Assembly (NCBI GenBank): GCA_029978585.1
Contig: JAPOJD010000001.1
Span: 1 to 56,489, forward strand
Direction: 5' to 3'
DNA from: Actinomycetota bacterium
GTDB taxonomy: Bacteria > Actinomycetota > Actinomycetes > S36-B12
Length of the DNA: 56,489 nucleotides
Below the pieces are notes generated by a model that worked only from the letters and a program-made list of their open reading frames with translations, made no database searches and had not been told where the DNA came from. How positions within the stretch are numbered: the stretch's first letter is position 1; each line of letters begins with the position of its first letter. The position numbers and the translations under genes were made by a program. Positions 52,107 through 56,489 of the stretch are shown one piece after another.

Positions 52107-52549
52107 CCCGCGTTCTCGTCCTCAACGGCCCCAACCTGGGGCGTCTCGGCGTGCGGGAGCCGGACGTCTACGGCCACGCGACCCATGCCGACCTCGTCGA
52201 GCGGTGTCGGGCTGTCGGCATGGCGCTGGGGCTGGACGTCGAGGTGCGCCAGACCGACTCCGAGGCTGAACTCGTGGGCTGGTTGCACGAGGCGGCGGAC
52301 GGTGCCGTGCCGGTAGTGATCAATCCCGCGGCATTCACTCACTACTCCTACGCGGTGCGCGACGCGCTGGCGCAGGTGACCGGGCCGACGATTGAGGTCC
52401 ACCTGTCGAATCCCGCCGCGCGGGAGGAGTTCCGGCACACGTCGGTAGTGGCCGGCGTCGTGACCGGGAGCATTGCGGGCTTCGGGCTGGCGTCGTACGA
52501 GCTCGCCCTGCGCGCCATCGCCGCGACACTGACCGGCCCCGGCACGTGA
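52103..52549 (+). CDS. aroQ: Type II 3-dehydroquinate dehydratase
   Basis: [44 protein letters not shown] overlap with aroB. Confidence 0.92.
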   Translation: MTRVLVLNGPNLGRLGVREPDVYGHATHADLVERCRAVGMALGLDVEVRQTDSEAELVGWLHEAADGAVPVVINPAAFTHYSYAVRDALAQVTGPTIEVHLSNPAAREEFRHTSVVAGVVTGSIAGFGLASYELALRAIAATLTGPGT

Positions 52550-53649
52550 GCGGTCCGGACCACGAAGCCCGCCGGGCCAGGGCATGGGCCGATGTCCTTG
52601 CCCGCGATCCCGGGGTGGACGCCTTCCTCGTCACCGGTCAGGCCAACGTCCGCTACCTGTGTGGCTTCACGGGAAGCAACGGGGCCCTGCTGCTGTCCTC
52701 GTCAGAGCCCGTGCTGGGGACGGACGGGCGCTACCTGCTCCAGGCAGGGCAGGAGTGCCCCGGCGTGGAACTCCTCATCGACCGGCAGACGGTCCGGGCG
52801 CTCGTCGGGCGCTGGCATGCGGGCCGCAGCGGCGGTCCGGGGCAACGGCTCGCGGTCGAGTCCCAGCACCTATCGGTCGAGGACTACCTGGCCATGGCCG
52901 CTGCCGTTGAGGGCGCGGAGTCCCTCGTGCCCGTGTCGGGGATCGTGGAGGGGCTTCGCGCGGTCAAGGACGCCGGGGAGATGAGCCTGATCCGGACCGC
53001 CTGCGAGATCAGCGATGCCGCGCTCGCCGCGGTGCTCCCGTCGGTGCGCACCGGCCAGACCGAGCGCGATGTCGCGCGAAGGCTCGAGGCCACGATGCTG
53101 GCCATGGGAGCAGACGGCGTCAGCTTCGCGACCATAGTCGGATCCGGACCGAACTCCGCCATTCCCCACCATGCGCCATCTCTGCGGCCCCTGGCCGTCG
53201 GCGACCTGCTGGTCATCGACTTCGGTGCGGAGGTGGGGGGGTACCACGCCGACGAGACGCGCACGTTCGTCCTGGGGGAGGCCACGTCCTGGCAGGCCGA
53301 TCTGTACGGCCTGGTGCTCTCTGCCCAGGAGTCCGCCCGCGCCGCGGCGGTGGCGGGTGCGTCCCTTGTCGACGTCGATCGGGCGGCTCGAGGCGCCATC
53401 ACCGCAGCGGGCTACGGCGATGCCTTCGACCATGGGCTGGGGCACGGCGTGGGCCTGGAGATCCACGAGGCGCCGTTCCTGGGCCCGCGCGCCGTGGGTA
53501 TGCTCCCGGACGACTCCGCGGTCACCGTGGAGCCCGGTGTCTACCTCCCCGGACGGGGAGGCGTACGCATCGAGGACACGGTGGCCATCAGTGACGGCCC
53601 CAGTGTCCCGATCACCGCGACGGACCGCGGCCTGACGGTGCTGGGCTGA
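52546..53649 (+). CDS. M24 family Xaa-Pro aminopeptidase
   Basis: Creatinase-like N domain plus pita-bread ligands ([36 protein letters not shown]). GTGA overlap with aroQ. Confidence 0.85.
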   Translation: MSGPDHEARRARAWADVLARDPGVDAFLVTGQANVRYLCGFTGSNGALLLSSSEPVLGTDGRYLLQAGQECPGVELLIDRQTVRALVGRWHAGRSGGPGQRLAVESQHLSVEDYLAMAAAVEGAESLVPVSGIVEGLRAVKDAGEMSLIRTACEISDAALAAVLPSVRTGQTERDVARRLEATMLAMGADGVSFATIVGSGPNSAIPHHAPSLRPLAVGDLLVIDFGAEVGGYHADETRTFVLGEATSWQADLYGLVLSAQESARAAAVAGASLVDVDRAARGAITAAGYGDAFDHGLGHGVGLEIHEAPFLGPRAVGMLPDDSAVTVEPGVYLPGRGGVRIEDTVAISDGPSVPITATDRGLTVLG

Positions 53650-53665
53650 GAGGCAAGGGACCAAC

Positions 53666-54226
53666 GTGGCAACGACGAACGACCTCAAGAACGGCCTCGT
53701 GCTCAATATCGACGGCCAACTGTGGACCGTGGTCGAGTTCCAGCATGTCAAGCCCGGCAAGGGCGGGGCGTTCGTGCGGACCAAGTTGAAGAATGTCCTC
53801 TCGGGCAAGGTCGTGGACAAGACGTTCAATGCCGGAGTCAAGGTGGAGACCGCCAATGTCGACAAGCGCGACATGCAGTACCTCTACCGGGACGGTGACG
53901 ACTGGGTCTTCATGGACACGTCTTCATACGACCAGATTCCGATCTCCACGACGGTCGTCGGGGACAACTCCCAGTGGCTGATGGAGGGCCAAGCCGCCGT
54001 CGTCGCCCTGCACGAGGGCGCCGCGCTGTACGTCGAGCTGCCCGCATCGGTCGAGCTCCTCATCACCTACACCGAGCCGGGCCTCCAGGGCGACCGGGCG
54101 ACCGGCGGCACGAAGCCGGCGACTCTCGAGACGGGAGCGGAGATCCAGGTGCCTCTCTTCATCGAGCCTGACACGCGGGTGAAGGTGGACACGCGGGACG
54201 GTTCCTACCTCGGTCGCGTCAACTGA
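53666..54226 (+). CDS. efp: Elongation factor P
   Basis: [42 protein letters not shown], near-canonical EF-P. Confidence 0.94.
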   Translation: MATTNDLKNGLVLNIDGQLWTVVEFQHVKPGKGGAFVRTKLKNVLSGKVVDKTFNAGVKVETANVDKRDMQYLYRDGDDWVFMDTSSYDQIPISTTVVGDNSQWLMEGQAAVVALHEGAALYVELPASVELLITYTEPGLQGDRATGGTKPATLETGAEIQVPLFIEPDTRVKVDTRDGSYLGRVN

Positions 54227-54227
54227 C

Positions 54228-54656
54228 GTGACTGCCCGCCACCGGGCCCGCAAGAGGGCGCTTGATGTCCTGTTCGAGGCCGATCTGCGCCAGGTGCCGA
54301 TCGGTGAGGCGCTCGCAGAGACCGAGGCGCGGCGAGTGGAAGCGGGAGAGCCGCCCCTGAATCCGTACACGGTCGAGGTCGTCAGCGGCGTCGCCGGTCA
54401 CCAACAGCGAATCGACGAGATCCTGGCAACGTACTCGCTGGGATGGACGATCGACCGGATGCCCGCGGTCGATCGCAACACCCTGCGCATCGGCGTATTC
54501 GAGCTCCTGTGGGGCGACATCCCTGACGCGGTAGCCATCGACGAGGCCGTCGAGCTCTCCCGTGAACTGTCGACCGACGAGTCGCCCGCCTTCGTCAATG
54601 GTCTCCTCGCGCGCGTGCGTGACGAGCGCGCAACGCTCATCGCAACGGGGGAGTAG
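54228..54656 (+). CDS. nusB: Transcription antitermination factor NusB
   Basis: ARKRALDVLFEAD, IDRMPAVDRNTLRIGVFELL, VAIDEAVELS, FVNGLL. Confidence 0.9.
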   Translation: MTARHRARKRALDVLFEADLRQVPIGEALAETEARRVEAGEPPLNPYTVEVVSGVAGHQQRIDEILATYSLGWTIDRMPAVDRNTLRIGVFELLWGDIPDAVAIDEAVELSRELSTDESPAFVNGLLARVRDERATLIATGE

Positions 54657-54683
54657 CAGCGGGCGGGGGTCTCTCCCGCGAGG

Positions 54684-54757
54684 TGCCCCGGGTGGGATTC
54701 GAACCCACACTGGACGGTGTTTGAGACCGCTTCCTCTGCCGGTTGGGATACCGGGGC
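54684..54757 (-). tRNA. Atypical tRNA-like gene: positional anticodon CAA (nominally Leu) but class I (5-nt variable loop) architecture and irregular D arm
   Basis: Minus-strand read: GCCCCGG TA TCCC AACCGGCAG AGGA A GCGGT CTCAAAC ACCGT CCAGT GTGGG TTCGAAT CCCAC CCGGGGC A. It has a perfect 7-bp acceptor and a canonical T arm. The anticodon stem is 5 bp with one G:U. The D stem starts with U10 and has a C13:A22 mismatch. CCA is not encoded. Confidence 0.55.
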
Positions 54758-54854
54758 GCACGCGACAGGGTAGTAGGGGGCAATGGGCTCCGGGATGCGC
54801 AGGCCGAGAGGCGGTGGCGCGGGCGCGGACGTGACCGACCCCTAGGCTCGGGCC

Positions 54855-55466
54855 ATGGAGGAGCGCCTGCGCGTCGTGGTCGCGGAAGACGAGGCCGTCA
54901 TTCGCATGGACCTCGTCGAGATGCTGGGCGACAGTGGGTTCGACGTCGTCGGGCAAGCGCCCCAGGGGCTGGAGGCCGTGAGCCTCGTGGCGTCCCTGCG
55001 CCCCGACTGCCTCCTGGTCGACGTCGCCATGCCGGGCCTCGACGGGATCGAGGTCACCCGGCGCACTTCCGCGCAGACGGCCGTGGTCGTCGTCACTGCC
55101 TTCGGCCAGCGCGAGCGGGTGGAGCAGGCGCGCGATGCGGGCGCCATGGCCTATCTGGTGAAGCCCGTCGGCCCGTCGGACCTCATGCCGACCGTGGAGA
55201 TGGCGGTAGGGGGATGGCGAACGCTCCGGGACCTTCACGAGCGCGCACGCCAGGCCGAGGGCGCCGCCGATGCAGCGACGCGGGCTGCAAGCGACACCGA
55301 GCGCCGACTCGCCGACCGCCGCGACGTCGAGCGGGCGAAGGGGATCCTGCAGCGCCGGGAGGATCTGGGGGAGGAAGCCGCCTACCGTTGGCTCCGGGAG
55401 ACGGCCATGGACCGGCGCATGCCCCTGGGTGACCTGGCGCGGGCGGTGATCTCCGGGACCGCCTGA
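54855..55466 (+). CDS. pdtaR: REC-ANTAR response regulator (PdtaR / AmiR-NasR family RNA-binding antiterminator)
   Basis: Receiver VVVAEDEAVIRMDL...LLVDVAMPGLDG...VKP. C-terminal ANTAR RRDVERAKGILQRREDLGEEAAYRWLRETAMDRRMPLGDLARAVI. Confidence 0.85.
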   Translation: MEERLRVVVAEDEAVIRMDLVEMLGDSGFDVVGQAPQGLEAVSLVASLRPDCLLVDVAMPGLDGIEVTRRTSAQTAVVVVTAFGQRERVEQARDAGAMAYLVKPVGPSDLMPTVEMAVGGWRTLRDLHERARQAEGAADAATRAASDTERRLADRRDVERAKGILQRREDLGEEAAYRWLRETAMDRRMPLGDLARAVISGTA

Positions 55467-55595
55467 GCCGACCCTAGGATCACGAAACGATAACGGTGCA
55501 GGTCACGGAATCACAACCATCCGGACTCGTCCCGCTACCGGCGTTCGCTCGCATCCTGCGGGCAGGGTAGGTTTCAGGCACCAGCACATCACCTA

Positions 55596-55620
55596 GCGGC
55601 CGCGGATTCCCGCGGTCCGC
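55596..55620 (+). promoter_or_regulatory. 10-bp all-GC hairpin (GCGGCCGCGG-ATTC-CCGCGG(T)CCGC) ending 5 nt before the Shine-Dalgarno of the downstream binding-protein gene; candidate attenuator/terminator element of an ANTAR-controlled leader
   Basis: Pairing worked out by hand, with one bulged T. AAGGAG at 55626-55631, ATG at 55639. No U-tract. Confidence 0.45.
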
Positions 55621-55638
55621 ACCCTAAGGAGAACCTTC

Positions 55639-56489
55639 ATGATCCGACGCAGCCCGATTGCGGGAGCGGTCGTGGTCCTCGGCGCCGCGAGCCTCGTGCT
55701 CGCCGCGTGCGGTGGCGGCTCCACCTCGAGCACCAGCTCGAGCGCCGCCGCCACGTCCGAGGCCCCCGCGACCTCCGAGGCCCCGGCCACGTCCGCGGCC
55801 CCGTCCGAGGAGGCTTCCAGCGAGCCCGCCTCCGACTGCAAGAACCCCACGCTGAAGCTCGGCACGCTGCTGCCGGCGACAGGCCAGCTCGCCTACCTCG
55901 GCCCGCCCGAGTTCGCGGGCGTCAAGCTCGCCCTCAAGGAGGTCAACGACGCCGGCGGCGTGCTGGGCGCTCCGGTGACCGAGGAGTACGGCGACTCGGG
56001 CGACACGACGACCGACATCGCCTCGCAGACCGTGGACTCGCACCTGTCCAAGGGCGTGCAGGCCATCATCGGCGCTGCCTCGTCCGGCGTGACCCTGAGC
56101 GTCATCGACAAGGTCACCCAGAACGGCGTGTTCATGATTTCCCCGGCCAACACCGCGCCGGCGCTCACGACGTACCCGGATAACGGCCTGTACTTCCGCA
56201 CCGCGCCGTCCGACGCGCTCCAGGGCGCGATCCAGGCGACGCTGGCGGCGGACGCCGGCTTCACCAAGGGTGCGACGATCGCCCGCGACGATGCCTACGG
56301 CATCGGCCTGCAGCAGGCCTTCGAGACCGACTTCACCGGCGCCGGTGGCGAGATCCTCTCGAGCATCAAGTACGCGCCCGAGGCCACGTCGTTCGAGGCC
56401 GAGGTCGCCGAGCTCAAGGCCGCGAAGCCGGAGTTCGTCCAGGTGGTCGGCTTCGAGGAGAGCACCAAGCTGCTCCAGGAGATGATCAA
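55639..56489 (+). CDS. Branched-chain amino acid (LivK/BraC, Peripla_BP_6) type ABC substrate-binding lipoprotein, 3'-truncated by the window end
   Basis: My own translation: MIRRSPIAGAVVVLGAASLVLAACGGGSTSS...KLGTLLPATGQLAYLGPPEFAGVKLALKEVNDAGGVLG...IIGAASSGVTLSV...FMISPANTAPALT...YFRTAPSD. Lipobox LAAC. The ORF has no stop in the window, so it is absent from the supplied ORF track. Confidence 0.8.
   Translation, partial: MIRRSPIAGAVVVLGAASLVLAACGGGSTSSTSSSAAATSEAPATSEAPATSAAPSEEASSEPASDCKNPTLKLGTLLPATGQLAYLGPPEFAGVKLALKEVNDAGGVLGAPVTEEYGDSGDTTTDIASQTVDSHLSKGVQAIIGAASSGVTLSVIDKVTQNGVFMISPANTAPALTTYPDNGLYFRTAPSDALQGAIQATLAADAGFTKGATIARDDAYGIGLQQAFETDFTGAGGEILSSIKYAPEATSFEAEVAELKAAKPEFVQVVGFEESTKLLQEMI

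Noticed and set aside
55467-55638. Explicit ANTAR dual-hexaloop target call
   Set aside because: I searched by eye for two stems capped by 6-nt loops with A at position 1 and G at position 4 and found none that fit. Only generic hairpins are reported, so the ANTAR link stays a hypothesis.
55624-56183. Tracked ORFs 55707-56183 (+), 55624-56043 (-) and 55893-56267 (-) as genes
   Set aside because: All are low-complexity Arg/Gly/Pro translations. A third plus-strand frame starting at ATG 55639 encodes a clear lipoprotein of the LivK/BraC family and is open to the end of the window, so it takes precedence.

Overview
High-GC (Actinomycetota-type) chromosomal backbone, almost gap-free, with about 55 CDS, five canonical tRNAs and one atypical tRNA-like gene. 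From thrS onward the gene order matches the conserved actinobacterial core known from Mycobacterium tuberculosis: thrS, HIT, pgsA1, PIM acyltransferase, pimA, pdxS/pdxT, yebC, ruvCAB, yajC, secDF, relA, PPIase, MBL hydrolase, hisS, aspS, rarA, alaS, ruvX, mltG, aroE, aroC/K/B/Q, M24 peptidase, efp, nusB. Many junctions are 1-4 nt stop/start overlaps (ATGA, GTGA), which suggests long translationally coupled operons. I found no transposase, integrase, phage, CRISPR or toxin-type genes, so most of the window is ordinary housekeeping DNA.

The parts that merit a second look are:
1. Left end (194-8241): a PotABCD-type ABC importer, then an Amidohydro_3 hydrolase and a urease made of a fused gamma/beta subunit plus an alpha subunit with intact metal ligands. 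No ureD/E/F/G accessory genes lie in the window.
2. 54684-54757 (minus): a tRNA-like gene with perfect acceptor and T arms. Its anticodon by position is CAA (nominally Leu), but it has a short class I variable loop and an irregular D arm.
3. 54855-56489: a PdtaR-like REC-ANTAR regulator, a 172-nt structured leader and a branched-chain-type binding lipoprotein. That ORF runs off the window and is missing from the supplied ORF track.
4. Small repeat and regulatory signals: an 11-bp x6 tandem repeat abutting the pgsA1 start, a 13-bp x3 repeat that places TAG in all three frames, a LexA-like box before ruvC, a 20-bp perfect palindrome before potA, and G14/C9/C11 homopolymers at the window edge.

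All functional calls come from motif recognition by eye. No database search was run.
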